From IMG/VR virus record IMGVR_UViG_3300032235_000467: a stretch of DNA of 64,000 nucleotides. One strand, given 5' to 3'. Within the stretch, counting starts at the first letter, position 1. The number at the start of each line of letters is the position of its first letter. The DNA comes from a virus. The notes below the pieces were generated by a model, which was given only the letters and a program-made list of their open reading frames with translations, ran no database searches and was not told the DNA's origin. This document shows, piece by piece, positions 36,208-46,884 of this stretch. Position numbers and translations under genes: made by a program.

Positions 36208-38445
36208 ATGGCCACACCAGATCCGTTTGAACAGTTTAGAGAAGATGCAGCAAATAATATAAGTGCTGCAAATAGGGAGTTGCTTGATACTGTTGACATA
36301 AGTAAACAGCTTGATAAAGAATTTAAAAATGTTAGTGGTAACTTAAGGAATGCATATAATAATAGTACAAACGTAAGGGATAGTTTAAATAGTACTTTAG
36401 ATTTAGTCTCTAAACTCGGTAGAGAGTATGTAGATGCAGATAAAATAACTGAGAGGATTCTTGAAAACAGGACTAAACTTCAAGGTGTAGAAGCAAATAT
36501 AAAAACTCTATACGAAGCTGAGGTTCAGGCCTATATAGGAATAGGAAACACTAGAGCTCAAGCTGTGGCACTTTTAGGGGATGAGAAACAAATGTATGAT
36601 AACATACTAGCAAGAATGACAAGCAATTCTGCTGCTTTAAGAGCTAATGTCTCAGCCCAGGAAAAAGAGTATGTTAATTTGATGAATCAAGTTGAAGGAA
36701 GAAAAGTTATAAACGATTTGCTTGATGAAGCAAAGGATAAAGTAGAGGGATTTAATCAAAAAGCACAAGAAAGTACTATAAAAGCTACCGCACTATCTAA
36801 GATATTTGGGTCCATGTCGGGAATACCATTCCTAAAAGATTTTATGGACTTTAAACAATTGTCTGTAGAGTTTCAAAAAGGATTCGGGTCTGGCATGAAG
36901 AATTTAGGAACTCAGTTAAAATCAATAATAAGTAATCCATTATTCCTAGCTGCTGCTGGAGTAGTAGCTTTAATAACAGCATTTAAAGCATTAGTAAAAT
37001 TAGCATTCGACTACGATAAGCTCGTAACAGACATAGCTAACAATACAGCATTATCAAAAACATCTGCTGTAGGACTTCTAGATGCGTATAGAGATGTATC
37101 AAATGAAAATGCTAAAACAGTAGATTCACTAAATGCAGGGTTCTTATCAGTTAAAAACCAAGCAAATGCTTTTATAGAACTAGGAGAAACATTAGAAACA
37201 AATGCAATGTTCACCAATGATATGGTACAAAACCAAATCTTGTTGACAAAGCAAATGAAGATGTCCAAGGAAGAGGCTACTGGTATTCAAAAGTTGTCTT
37301 TATTAACAGGACAGTCAGCTGAAAAGATATTAAACACTGCCATGAAGCAGAACACAAGTGTAATATCTTATAAAAAGATATTTTCAGAAATAGCAAAAGT
37401 AAATTCAGAGATAGCAACGGCATATAAAAACAATCCAGAATTAATAGCAAAAGCTGTAGTAGAAGCTAATAAACTTGGAATGTCTTTAGAACAAACTAAA
37501 AACATATCTAAAAGCTTGTTAGATTTTGAAACTTCAATATCAGGGGAGCTTGAGTCAGAACTTCTTTTAGGTAAAAGATTTAACTTTGAAAAGGCAAGAG
37601 CATTAGCACTTGATGGAAAATCAGTAGAAGCTGCCAGTGAATTAATGGGTCAGATAGGAGGTATAAATGCTTTGACCCAAATGAACGTTATACAACGTGA
37701 AAGATTGGCTGCGTCTATAGGAATGTCTGCAGAAGAATTGACTAAGTCTGCTAGAGAACAAGCAGTATTAAATGCTTTAGGGGAGCAGAATAAAGCCGGA
37801 TTGGAAGAAAGGTATGAGTATTTAAGGATGACAGGAGATTTAGCAGGTATGGAGCAGCTTAAAGCTGAGGCTGCTAGAAAAGAAGGGGGCCAAGCTTTAT
37901 TGCAAGATATAGCTAGAGCTAACTTACAAGATAGATTTAATGAGTCAATGGAAAGGATTAAACAGATATTTACAGAAATAGCTGCTGGACCTATGATTAA
38001 ATTATTATCTGGATTTGCGCAGTTAATGGAGCACACTACATTATTAAAAGTACTTTTCTTCAGTTTAGCTACTGCAGCAACAGCAATAGCGGCTTCTATG
38101 GTTATAGCAAGTGGAGGTACTGTATTATTAGGCGCAGCTGCAGCAGTAGCAGCTACGGGTATAGGACTAGGATTGATGGGAGGATCTGCAGCAGGAGAGG
38201 AGGATATGGCAGTGGCAAAACCAACTCTACCAAATAGAAATAATAATTTTCCTAGTTATAATAATAACAATCAAGGAGGTTACAATAATAACAACAATCA
38301 AAATACAGGGAACAATCAAGGAAACGGTGCAGCAGGAAATCAAAGAAGTGATGAACAAAGAAGAATTGAGATTTACACCACATTGAATATGGACGGTAAA
38401 GACGTATCAAAAGTTATGAAGACTTCTGAATACACCTACTCTTAA
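36208..38445 (+). CDS. Tape measure protein
   Basis: Long helical Ala/Leu-rich ORF with hydrophobic segments, directly after the chaperone; LLDFETSISGELESELLLGK..NFEKARALAL. Confidence 0.8.
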   Translation: MATPDPFEQFREDAANNISAANRELLDTVDISKQLDKEFKNVSGNLRNAYNNSTNVRDSLNSTLDLVSKLGREYVDADKITERILENRTKLQGVEANIKTLYEAEVQAYIGIGNTRAQAVALLGDEKQMYDNILARMTSNSAALRANVSAQEKEYVNLMNQVEGRKVINDLLDEAKDKVEGFNQKAQESTIKATALSKIFGSMSGIPFLKDFMDFKQLSVEFQKGFGSGMKNLGTQLKSIISNPLFLAAAGVVALITAFKALVKLAFDYDKLVTDIANNTALSKTSAVGLLDAYRDVSNENAKTVDSLNAGFLSVKNQANAFIELGETLETNAMFTNDMVQNQILLTKQMKMSKEEATGIQKLSLLTGQSAEKILNTAMKQNTSVISYKKIFSEIAKVNSEIATAYKNNPELIAKAVVEANKLGMSLEQTKNISKSLLDFETSISGELESELLLGKRFNFEKARALALDGKSVEAASELMGQIGGINALTQMNVIQRERLAASIGMSAEELTKSAREQAVLNALGEQNKAGLEERYEYLRMTGDLAGMEQLKAEAARKEGGQALLQDIARANLQDRFNESMERIKQIFTEIAAGPMIKLLSGFAQLMEHTTLLKVLFFSLATAATAIAASMVIASGGTVLLGAAAAVAATGIGLGLMGGSAAGEEDMAVAKPTLPNRNNNFPSYNNNNQGGYNNNNNQNTGNNQGNGAAGNQRSDEQRRIEIYTTLNMDGKDVSKVMKTSEYTYS

Positions 38446-38462
38446 TATAAAACAAACACAAC

Positions 38463-40307
38463 GTGCCATCATTACAAGACTTATCAACTAACTTAGCAAA
38501 CCACCAATATTATAGTGGGGTAGGTGCGTTTAATGCAAATAAACTACCTTTTGGTAGAGATACTCCAGGTGGAGGAGATAGCGGACAACCTTTCGTAGTA
38601 AGGAGAATAGATCAGAGATGGTCTCCATCAAATATGACAGACTCTCTTACACCTTTTGGAGCTGTCACAACTGTTACTAGAACTTTGAAAGATGTAGAGA
38701 GGGTATCTAAGTTTATGTATACTAGTATTATGGGCCCTATGTTTTTAATAAAACAGACGGGATTACAGGCTACAAATCCTGATACACAACAGCTGGGTAA
38801 TAAATTAGGTAGTCTAAGGACATACAATCCTTTAGGAATTAACACACTTGCACAAGTAGCAGTAAATGCTAGTGGAGTTAAATTTACAAAACACGGATTA
38901 ACCCCAACTGTTAGTAAACAAGACTCGTATGAAAAGTTTGCTTTAAAAAGAGATGAAGATTATGTAGACAGGTTGTACATATTGACGGATAAACTAAGTA
39001 ATAAAGAAAGACGTAACTACATAGACAAGTATGTAGGAGGACCAGAATCTTTTTTTGGAATAGGAAGCACTACTATCAATAGATCCTACTATACTTTAAA
39101 TAATGGAGTAGCAGATGATTTTAGTGGGTTTATATCTGTACCTATATCCAATCTTTACAAGATATTTCCAACTATGACTGGAGGGGGAATACCTACTTCT
39201 AGAGATATATATGTAGATCCTACTAAGACCGTAGAGGCAGAAGGAGAATTCGTACCTCCTAATTTAATAGCCCCAGGGGTAATAACCCCAGAAGCAAGAG
39301 GGAATACTTATATTCTTGGAAGTAATTATGACTTTAGAATATATAAAAATGCTTTAAATAAAAAAAGTTCTCCTAAAGGAAATGAATTACCGGAATCTAA
39401 TTACACAACCTATAATTTAGAATCTAGAATAGGCGTAGCTAGAGTAAGAAAACCGGAACATAGAATAAAATATGAAGCTACAGCAAGTGCAGATGGAAGG
39501 TACAACTTTGAAAAAGAATATTCAGATAGAATAAATGCTATTGGCTTGTACTATGCAGCAGGACCAGCAGCAAAATCTACAGATGTAAACGGTAAAATAG
39601 TAAATGACGGCACACCAGAAACTTCTATTAGAGATATTGTAAAGTTCCGTATAAAGATTTTGGATAACGATAAAAGACCGGTTGCAAAAACAGGAGATAG
39701 CTTCGGAGTGTATATAGTATTCAGAGCATACATATCAAACATCAGAAGGAACATTGTATCTAAATGGGATCCATATAAGTATGTAGGTAGGGGTGAATCC
39801 TTTTACGCTTATGATGGTTTCACAGAAACAATAACATATTCGTTTGTTATAGCTGCTTCATCTCGTGCAGAAATGAAACCACTATATCAAAAGTTAAACT
39901 ATTTGATATCTTCAATGGCTCCGGACTATAGAGATAATTTGATGAGAGGAAACATTGCAGAATTAACTATAGGAGACTTTGTGTTGTATCAACCAGGCAT
40001 TATTACTAACTTCGATATGAACATAGATGAAGATTCTAACTGGGAAATAGCATTACAAGAACCAGAACAAGGACAAGAGGGAACTGATACAGATATGCAT
40101 GAGCTTCCACATCTTATAAAATGTAATATGACTTTTATACCTATTTACAATTTCTTACCGAGAAAATCAGCAGAAGCTCCTTTTATAGGCATAGACGATC
40201 CTATAGAGAAAAAACCAGGTAAAATGTGGTTGGATAAGATTGGTAATAAATTAAAGGAAAATAAAAGTAAGGTAATTGTAGGAGACGCAACTAAAGTACA
40301 AAAATAA
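38463..40307 (+). CDS. Baseplate/tail-tube-initiator-like protein
   Basis: GTG start; C-terminal FRAYI...W....YVGRGE.FY.Y.GF...KLNYL....PDY...LTIGD motif of tube-like baseplate proteins. Confidence 0.7.
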   Translation: MPSLQDLSTNLANHQYYSGVGAFNANKLPFGRDTPGGGDSGQPFVVRRIDQRWSPSNMTDSLTPFGAVTTVTRTLKDVERVSKFMYTSIMGPMFLIKQTGLQATNPDTQQLGNKLGSLRTYNPLGINTLAQVAVNASGVKFTKHGLTPTVSKQDSYEKFALKRDEDYVDRLYILTDKLSNKERRNYIDKYVGGPESFFGIGSTTINRSYYTLNNGVADDFSGFISVPISNLYKIFPTMTGGGIPTSRDIYVDPTKTVEAEGEFVPPNLIAPGVITPEARGNTYILGSNYDFRIYKNALNKKSSPKGNELPESNYTTYNLESRIGVARVRKPEHRIKYEATASADGRYNFEKEYSDRINAIGLYYAAGPAAKSTDVNGKIVNDGTPETSIRDIVKFRIKILDNDKRPVAKTGDSFGVYIVFRAYISNIRRNIVSKWDPYKYVGRGESFYAYDGFTETITYSFVIAASSRAEMKPLYQKLNYLISSMAPDYRDNLMRGNIAELTIGDFVLYQPGIITNFDMNIDEDSNWEIALQEPEQGQEGTDTDMHELPHLIKCNMTFIPIYNFLPRKSAEAPFIGIDDPIEKKPGKMWLDKIGNKLKENKSKVIVGDATKVQK

Positions 40308-40609
40308 TGGCCAGATATTCAAACATAAAAGTATTAAAAGACAGTGAGAATAGCAAAAGGTACTATAGGGCTTCTAAATATCCTGATATAGCTTTTTCTG
40401 ATACTGACATTTACATTGAGGCAGCTTATGGAGACAGGCTCGATATAATATCTTACGACTACTATAAGTCCACAGAATACTACTGGATATTATTAGTAGC
40501 AAACAATCTCCCAGGGGATAGTATCTTTGTGCCACCAGGCACCCAGTTGAGGATCCCAGAAAACTTAGATCAGATATTAGCCGATTATGAAGCACTAAAT
40601 AGTATATAA
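40307..40609 (+). CDS. LysM-like baseplate wedge / tail X protein
   Basis: GDRLDIISYDYY...YWILLVANNL...PGTQLRIP. Confidence 0.8.
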   Translation: MARYSNIKVLKDSENSKRYYRASKYPDIAFSDTDIYIEAAYGDRLDIISYDYYKSTEYYWILLVANNLPGDSIFVPPGTQLRIPENLDQILADYEALNSI

Positions 40610-40614
40610 AAGTT

Positions 40615-43593
40615 ATGTCAATATTCAAAAGCACTTTAAAACCTTACGTAGTAAGACAAATAAATACTAGGCAGAATCTACTATCTGAAATAAAAAGACC
40701 AGTAGAGTTTGCTCACTATGTATCCAGCAAGTCCCCTTGGATAAGAATGACTTCTTTTGTAAATTACGGACCAGTAGGTAGTGAAAACGCAGACCTAGCA
40801 AAGAAGTATATATTAATGGGAGGGTCTTTGTATAATATGAAATCTGGTGGCTATTCTCAAAGGAGTGGAGTAGGAGGTGCTGGTTCTGTTTATGGAGGAG
40901 ATCTAGGAACTAATCAATACGGTATAAGACCTATGCCGGGTATATCAGAATTGAATACAAGATCATTAGGGGCATACGGATCTCTTACAGAAGCTACTGT
41001 TAAATTTTATGCGTGGGATGTAAAGCAATTAGAAGACTTGACGGTCCTTTTTATGAGACCGGGATATAAAGTATTATTAGAATGGGGATGGTCAATGTAT
41101 TTAGATACCCTTATTAGCGGAGAAGATTACAAAAAGAAATCAGATCCTAACTCTTTGAAAGGCAGCTTTACTAATTACAGTATAGAGACTATGCCTTTTA
41201 ATACCATAGATTGTTTTAACACAAGTATAACTCAAGATGTTATATATGATCAACTGGAAAAAATAAGACATAGGTATTCTGGTAATTATGATGGGGTTCT
41301 AGGATCTATAAAAAACTACCAATACACCTTACTTCCTAATGGAGCATATGAGTGTACTGTTACTTTAATTAGTATTGGAGATGTAATAGATACCATAAGA
41401 CTTAACGACACTTTAGGATACGAAGCCTCAGAAGGAGGAGAACAAACCCCAGAAACAGCAACCACAGGATCAGTTACCCCAGACATAAAAAGTGATTTTG
41501 AGATTATATTTGATGAGTATGCTAAATTGAGCCCATTTAATAGTAGAGAAAATTCTCCTATAATAACAACAATTGATAGCAGAATAAAACCTAAAGACGC
41601 CAAATATATAGACCCATACGTGTATAACTACCAACTACCAGAAAACTCTATATTTGGAAAACAACAAATTATACAACAAGGCATATTTAAACAGGGGGGT
41701 AAAAGATCATATTTTTATCTTCAATTTGGGTACGTTTTACATATACTTAACTCTTTAAAAAATGTATTTGCTAGTAAAGGACAAACTCTATTTGAAATAG
41801 AAATACCATCAGATCCAAATAATCCCGACAGCTTATCTAACGGATTATGCCAAGCTTCATACAATGTGGTATCCGTAGATCCTAGTGTTTGTTTAATTAG
41901 AAATAGTAATGCTACATTATTTATTTCTAAGGAAGAAGACCCTATTGATAATACTAATATTTTAGATAAAAAAGGATTTAGACCTAACATATATAAAAAT
42001 GAAAATTTTATAGTAAAACAGGTACCTTCTGATCTAGTATCTAACAATAATGATATAAAAGAGTATCTTTATTCTAATACAAACTTTGGATTAATAAGTA
42101 ACATATATGTGAATATCCTTGAAATAATATCAATATATAAAGAACAATCTATGTCTAATAACGGATATGTTTATTTAGGAGAGTTTATATCTGCTTTATT
42201 GTCTAAGATGTCTTATTCTTTAGGATCTATAAATGATTTTGATAAGTTTGTTAGCAACAATAAAGTAGTAATTATAGACAAACACTATACAGAAGTAGGC
42301 GCGGACTCAGCGTACAATAATAAGTTTAAAATTAATATTTCTGGTAACAATAGTATAGTAAGGTCTCATAAGATAGAATCAAAGATATTCCCTTCTCAAG
42401 CTACTATGATAGCAGTAGCTGCACAAAGTAGAGAGAATATATCTGCAATCCAAACATCTACATACAATTATATAAATGAGGGATTGGTAGATAGATTGTT
42501 AGGGGATAAAACAAACAAAAAAGAAGATCAAGGAGATAACAAAGAGGGACTGGCGGAAGAAAGAGCTAAAGAAGCAAAATTAAATAGCATACTTAAACTC
42601 ATCCAGTACGTAAACAATTATGTTATTCCAAATAATATAAATAGCGATTCATACGCCTCTAACTTATCCACTATGAATGGATATTTGAATACATTGTTGG
42701 TAGAGATGGAAGGCGGCACTAACTATAAAGCAGTTATACCTATATCAGTAAATCTAACTATAGACGGACTATCTGGACTAACAATAGGGGAAATATTCAC
42801 AGTAGATAAAAAGGTACTACCAAGGGATCACAAGGATAAATCTATAGGTTTTATAATAACTAAGTTGGCCAATCAAATTATAGGAGGTTCTTGGACAACC
42901 AATATAGAATCTCAGATGTGTGTGTTAGACCAAGAAAGTAAGCAAATAAGAACAAAAGAAAAAGCAGATCAATTATTAAGAGAACTTTTGAATTTAGGGG
43001 AGAAAAACAAACTAAAAAATATAGCATCTATAACATATTTTAACATACTAGCCGCATTAACAGCTGACGTACTATCTGGTAGAATAAAAGTTGAAAATGA
43101 GTACGGCGATTTAGTGGTTAGAGACAATTCAAAAGTATTGTACACAAGAGCAGCTTTAGCTGAGTTTGTTCCAGGAGGAAAAATAACTTTGGAAGATGTA
43201 TTAAAAGATCTTAATCGTTCTTATTTGAGATTTTATCCAGATGCTAAAAAAAGAAATTTTTACGATACGTTTTTCTATAGGGATGATAATTTAAACGATG
43301 CACAAGTAGCAACTAATATAATCTATGGAATGTACTACTATAGCTATATGGTAGATGAAATAAAGACACAGTTTGATGCCGAGTTTAATAGAATTATAGG
43401 AAGATATGTAAAAGGAGATTTGACACAACAAACAGTAACAAGAGACGGAAAAGGAACAGTAACAACCTCAGTAGTATTTGATCTTGTGTTTTCTAAAATA
43501 GATATAAAAAATGCAGTAGATATGAATACTGGGATATTAATTCCAAATGTACCATTAATAGCAGGATATGCAATATTACCCATAGTAAAATAA
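40615..43593 (+). CDS. Large baseplate hub protein
   Basis: RPMPGI, F.RPGY.VLLEWGWS, GNYDG, LTIDGLSG..IG..F and WTT.I motifs; baseplate position. Confidence 0.65.
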   Translation: MSIFKSTLKPYVVRQINTRQNLLSEIKRPVEFAHYVSSKSPWIRMTSFVNYGPVGSENADLAKKYILMGGSLYNMKSGGYSQRSGVGGAGSVYGGDLGTNQYGIRPMPGISELNTRSLGAYGSLTEATVKFYAWDVKQLEDLTVLFMRPGYKVLLEWGWSMYLDTLISGEDYKKKSDPNSLKGSFTNYSIETMPFNTIDCFNTSITQDVIYDQLEKIRHRYSGNYDGVLGSIKNYQYTLLPNGAYECTVTLISIGDVIDTIRLNDTLGYEASEGGEQTPETATTGSVTPDIKSDFEIIFDEYAKLSPFNSRENSPIITTIDSRIKPKDAKYIDPYVYNYQLPENSIFGKQQIIQQGIFKQGGKRSYFYLQFGYVLHILNSLKNVFASKGQTLFEIEIPSDPNNPDSLSNGLCQASYNVVSVDPSVCLIRNSNATLFISKEEDPIDNTNILDKKGFRPNIYKNENFIVKQVPSDLVSNNNDIKEYLYSNTNFGLISNIYVNILEIISIYKEQSMSNNGYVYLGEFISALLSKMSYSLGSINDFDKFVSNNKVVIIDKHYTEVGADSAYNNKFKINISGNNSIVRSHKIESKIFPSQATMIAVAAQSRENISAIQTSTYNYINEGLVDRLLGDKTNKKEDQGDNKEGLAEERAKEAKLNSILKLIQYVNNYVIPNNINSDSYASNLSTMNGYLNTLLVEMEGGTNYKAVIPISVNLTIDGLSGLTIGEIFTVDKKVLPRDHKDKSIGFIITKLANQIIGGSWTTNIESQMCVLDQESKQIRTKEKADQLLRELLNLGEKNKLKNIASITYFNILAALTADVLSGRIKVENEYGDLVVRDNSKVLYTRAALAEFVPGGKITLEDVLKDLNRSYLRFYPDAKKRNFYDTFFYRDDNLNDAQVATNIIYGMYYYSYMVDEIKTQFDAEFNRIIGRYVKGDLTQQTVTRDGKGTVTTSVVFDLVFSKIDIKNAVDMNTGILIPNVPLIAGYAILPIVK

Positions 43594-43599
43594 AAATAT

Positions 43600-44115
43600 A
43601 TGTATTATCCTAAATCAGAAATATTAAAAGTAGACTATACATCAGGAAGTGAGTTCTTAATAAAAAGTACCTTAGTATTTTATAAGGGAGACTACTATGC
43701 TACTAATGATGGAAAGTTCTTCTCAGGAAAAGAGTATAGCCCGTCTACTCAACAACTGGTACCGGTATCTGATAATATTCAAAACATAAATGAAAAAGAA
43801 TCATACGGATTTCATTATGCAATGCCATCTGAAGACGATTATTCTAACGGATCGTTCACCAGATATACAATAAAAAGAGTAAACAGTGGGTTTGAAACCA
43901 TATTAGAAGTAGATCAAACTGAACACGAGAGAGCTGTGAAAGATCCCTTGTACTCAGCAGTAAAGTTTTTCTGGAAAATAACTGGTCCCCTGTACACAAC
44001 TCCAGAAGGAATACCAGGAATAGTAAACACCAATCAGAAAACTCTAGAAAATTTAGAGAAAAATATACCGGGTATATCAAATTATTTTACAAATTTAGCA
44101 CAGTACGCAAAATAA
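43600..44115 (+). CDS. Hypothetical protein (baseplate region)
   Basis: 171-aa ORF, MYYPKS...YTSG.EF; last gene of the structural block. Confidence 0.65.
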   Translation: MYYPKSEILKVDYTSGSEFLIKSTLVFYKGDYYATNDGKFFSGKEYSPSTQQLVPVSDNIQNINEKESYGFHYAMPSEDDYSNGSFTRYTIKRVNSGFETILEVDQTEHERAVKDPLYSAVKFFWKITGPLYTTPEGIPGIVNTNQKTLENLEKNIPGISNYFTNLAQYAK

Positions 44116-44118
44116 CCC

Positions 44119-44126
44119 TATCTTTG
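44119..44126 (+). promoter_or_regulatory. Bacteroidota-type -7 element (TATCTTTG)
   Basis: TAnnTTTG upstream of the first replication-module gene. Confidence 0.5.
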
Positions 44127-44142
44127 TACAAAGGTTATAAAC

Positions 44143-45480
44143 GTGTATTACATAATAGAGACTGAAGAACAGCTTCAGAAATTTTCTACATACGACTTCA
44201 CTAATTGTATTGTTGATGTAATTTCATCAAACGATAACTGTCATCCTAAACTGGCAGACATCTCCCTGATCTATATAAAGCCTTTTAGATCCCGTATGGG
44301 ATTTATGCTATGTCTTGATCACACAGAAGCGTTTTCTCTTCCTAAAGAAGCTGTAGAGGCCTTTATAATTAATAATCTTGGCAATATTTACGCTATTGAT
44401 GCAAAAAGGATGAGATACTTCACTAAAAGAGATAGCGCCTTATACTGCCTTAAAATGGCCAAGTATCTATCTACTGGGGAGATAATAGACGAGTCTAAGT
44501 TCAATACTACAGCACACAACTTCTTTTGTCAGAAGTATGAATACCGTCCTGACATAAATAAGATCATCCCTATAGCTAAACACTTTGAAAAGTATGAGAA
44601 ACTAGCCGCCTCTATAAAGATAGATCAGGCCTGGTTCAAACCTAAGTACTATAAATTGTATGGGGAGGTAGCCCCTAGACTTTTTAATTCCATCGAATCT
44701 GATGGAATTAGCATAGATAATGTAGCATTTTTCAGTCATTATACCCCAAAAGAGGCCTTAATGTCGGTTAAATCAGACAAAACATACACTCAATATAACC
44801 TTTATACTACTACCGGAAGGCCTTCAAATGCCTTCAATGGTATCAATTATGGAGCCATGAACAAGACAGATGGCAGTAGAAAGTCATTTGTAGCTGGTAA
44901 AGATAGATTGGTTGAGTTTGATTACAGTTCGTATCACATTCGTATATTAGCGTATCATATCGGATATATCTTTGACGATGAGGATATTCATACTCATTTA
45001 GCCAAGTACTATTTTGATACTAAAGACATCACTAAGGAACAATATGAAGAGAGTAAAGGTCTGACTTTTAAACTGCTGTATACTGATTCTATTGCTGAAG
45101 AGGTTAAGGATATACCTTTTTTTGCAAAAGTCAAACAATTTAAAGAGTCATTGTGGAATTTATATAGAAAACAGGGATATATTGAAAGTTTTCTATCTAA
45201 AAGGCCTATTAGAGGAATAACTTCTAAGACTCAAGTACTCCCTTTTATTTTACAGAACTACGAAACTGAGAGAAATATCTTTGTTCTTAATGAACTTATT
45301 GCCTATCTTTGTAATAAGAACACAAAATTAGTGTTGTATAACTACGATTCTTTCTTATTTGACTATAGTAAATTGGACGGAAAGCAGACGCTTTGCGACA
45401 TACAGATGATTTTGGAACAAGACGGATATAAAACATCCTGTAAATACGGCCAGAACTATCAGGAAATGAAGAATTTATAA
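44143..45480 (+). CDS. Divergent, short family A DNA polymerase-like protein
   Basis: TTTGRPSN, motif A LVEFDYSSYHIR, DIHTHLA, motif B ESKGLTFKLLY, motif C LYNYDSFLFD; degenerate exonuclease region. Confidence 0.75.
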   Translation: MYYIIETEEQLQKFSTYDFTNCIVDVISSNDNCHPKLADISLIYIKPFRSRMGFMLCLDHTEAFSLPKEAVEAFIINNLGNIYAIDAKRMRYFTKRDSALYCLKMAKYLSTGEIIDESKFNTTAHNFFCQKYEYRPDINKIIPIAKHFEKYEKLAASIKIDQAWFKPKYYKLYGEVAPRLFNSIESDGISIDNVAFFSHYTPKEALMSVKSDKTYTQYNLYTTTGRPSNAFNGINYGAMNKTDGSRKSFVAGKDRLVEFDYSSYHIRILAYHIGYIFDDEDIHTHLAKYYFDTKDITKEQYEESKGLTFKLLYTDSIAEEVKDIPFFAKVKQFKESLWNLYRKQGYIESFLSKRPIRGITSKTQVLPFILQNYETERNIFVLNELIAYLCNKNTKLVLYNYDSFLFDYSKLDGKQTLCDIQMILEQDGYKTSCKYGQNYQEMKNL

Positions 45481-45510
45481 ATTTTTAGCACAATTATTAG
45501 ATATTTATAT

Positions 45511-45945
45511 ATGAATAATAATTTTTTTGATCTAACTTACGATTACTTGAACAAGCTTTTTTGCACGTTTACCAAAAAGGAAGACCTTCAGGTCACCATA
45601 TCGGATATAAAATCCAGATATGAAGTAATCTATTCTAAGATATTCATATTAGAAACAGATAACGACAACGAGTACGTGTGCACATATAACATTGATAGCG
45701 ACAATATCAATAAAAACAATGTACTTCCTAATACAATTCTTATGCATCGCCGTAAAGAATGCAATGTTCTTTACACCATAAACTCCCTCAACAAGCTTAT
45801 CGAGTCACTTAATGGTGGTGTTAGGGATAATAGCTATAAGGTTAACTGGAAAGACTATGAGAATAGCATCCTCCTTACCCAGAAGGACCAGTTTGTACAA
45901 CTTAAGACCAAGATCCACGATATAGTTAATGTGGATAAAAAATAA
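45511..45945 (+). CDS. Conserved hypothetical phage protein
   Basis: 144 aa; KLFCTF, TYNID, HRRKECNVLYTINSLN. Confidence 0.7.
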   Translation: MNNNFFDLTYDYLNKLFCTFTKKEDLQVTISDIKSRYEVIYSKIFILETDNDNEYVCTYNIDSDNINKNNVLPNTILMHRRKECNVLYTINSLNKLIESLNGGVRDNSYKVNWKDYENSILLTQKDQFVQLKTKIHDIVNVDKK

Positions 45946-45976
45946 TTTGGAGTAGTTAATATATTCCTTACTTTTG
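45946..45976 (+). promoter_or_regulatory. Bacteroidota sigma-A-type promoter
   Basis: TTTG (45946-49), 19-nt spacer, TACTTTTG (45969-76): full consensus, upstream of SSB. Confidence 0.75.
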
Positions 45977-46001
45977 TTCTTCACTTTTTAAAAAACAAGT
46001 T

Positions 46002-46874
46002 ATGTCCAAGATTGATTTGATTAAAGAAAGACTGAATAAGCTACAGTCTAAAAACTCAGGCTCCGCATTCGAAAAGATTGACTTCACAACCATTTTCTGG
46101 AAACCAAAGTTGGGAAAACAAGTAGTTAGGATTCTTCCAAGGAAAACTAACAAAGACTTCCCATTTGCAGAAGTTAGCTTCCATCAGTACAACATTTTCA
46201 AAAAAAATGTTTACAGTCTTGAAAACTTCGGTGAGAAAGATCCTGTAGTTCAATTGATGCGTGAACTCTATGATGAGAACACAGAAGAAAGCAAAGATTT
46301 GGCTCGTAAGCTCAGGCCTCGTACTAAATTCTTCGCACAAGTATTGGTTCGTGGTGAAGAAGGTATGGGTGCTAGACTTTGGGAGTTTAACAAAACTACT
46401 TACGAGAAGTTGCTTAGTATCATGGCCGATGATGATTTTGGTGACGTATCAGATGTAACAGAAGGTACTGACCTTACTGTAGAAGGATACAACGATGTGA
46501 TCAAGATTGGTAAGCGTGATGTCAACTACGTTGCAGTGAACGTAACTCCAAAGAGAAACATTTCTCCTATCTCCGAAGATGCTGCTCTAGTACAGAAAGT
46601 ATTGGAAACACAAAAAGAGATTACTGAAATCTACAAGAAGTATTCTTATGATGAAATTAAGAAGATGCTTCATGATTACATTAATCCACAGGAAACCCAA
46701 CCGGAAGAAGTATCCACTCCTACAGTAGAAGCAGCAGCACCGGTTGCATCAAATGATGATGAGGACACTCCTCCATTTGACGGTCCTTACAAAACAGTAG
46801 CACCTGCAGCAACAGCTCCAAAGCCTAGCTCAGTAGCATCTAAGTTTGATGATTTATTTGGAGAAGAAAATTAA
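46002..46874 (+). CDS. Single-stranded DNA-binding protein (T4 gp32-like)
   Basis: FWKP..GKQVVRILP, VLVRGEE, D..EGTDL motifs; acidic C-tail FDDLFGEEN. Confidence 0.85.
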   Translation: MSKIDLIKERLNKLQSKNSGSAFEKIDFTTIFWKPKLGKQVVRILPRKTNKDFPFAEVSFHQYNIFKKNVYSLENFGEKDPVVQLMRELYDENTEESKDLARKLRPRTKFFAQVLVRGEEGMGARLWEFNKTTYEKLLSIMADDDFGDVSDVTEGTDLTVEGYNDVIKIGKRDVNYVAVNVTPKRNISPISEDAALVQKVLETQKEITEIYKKYSYDEIKKMLHDYINPQETQPEEVSTPTVEAAAPVASNDDEDTPPFDGPYKTVAPAATAPKPSSVASKFDDLFGEEN

Positions 46875-46884
46875 AAACTAACAT

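Noticed and set aside
29841-43593. Bacterial contractile injection system or tailocin rather than phage
   Set aside because: Contiguous with a full phage replisome on one strand, with no cellular housekeeping context.
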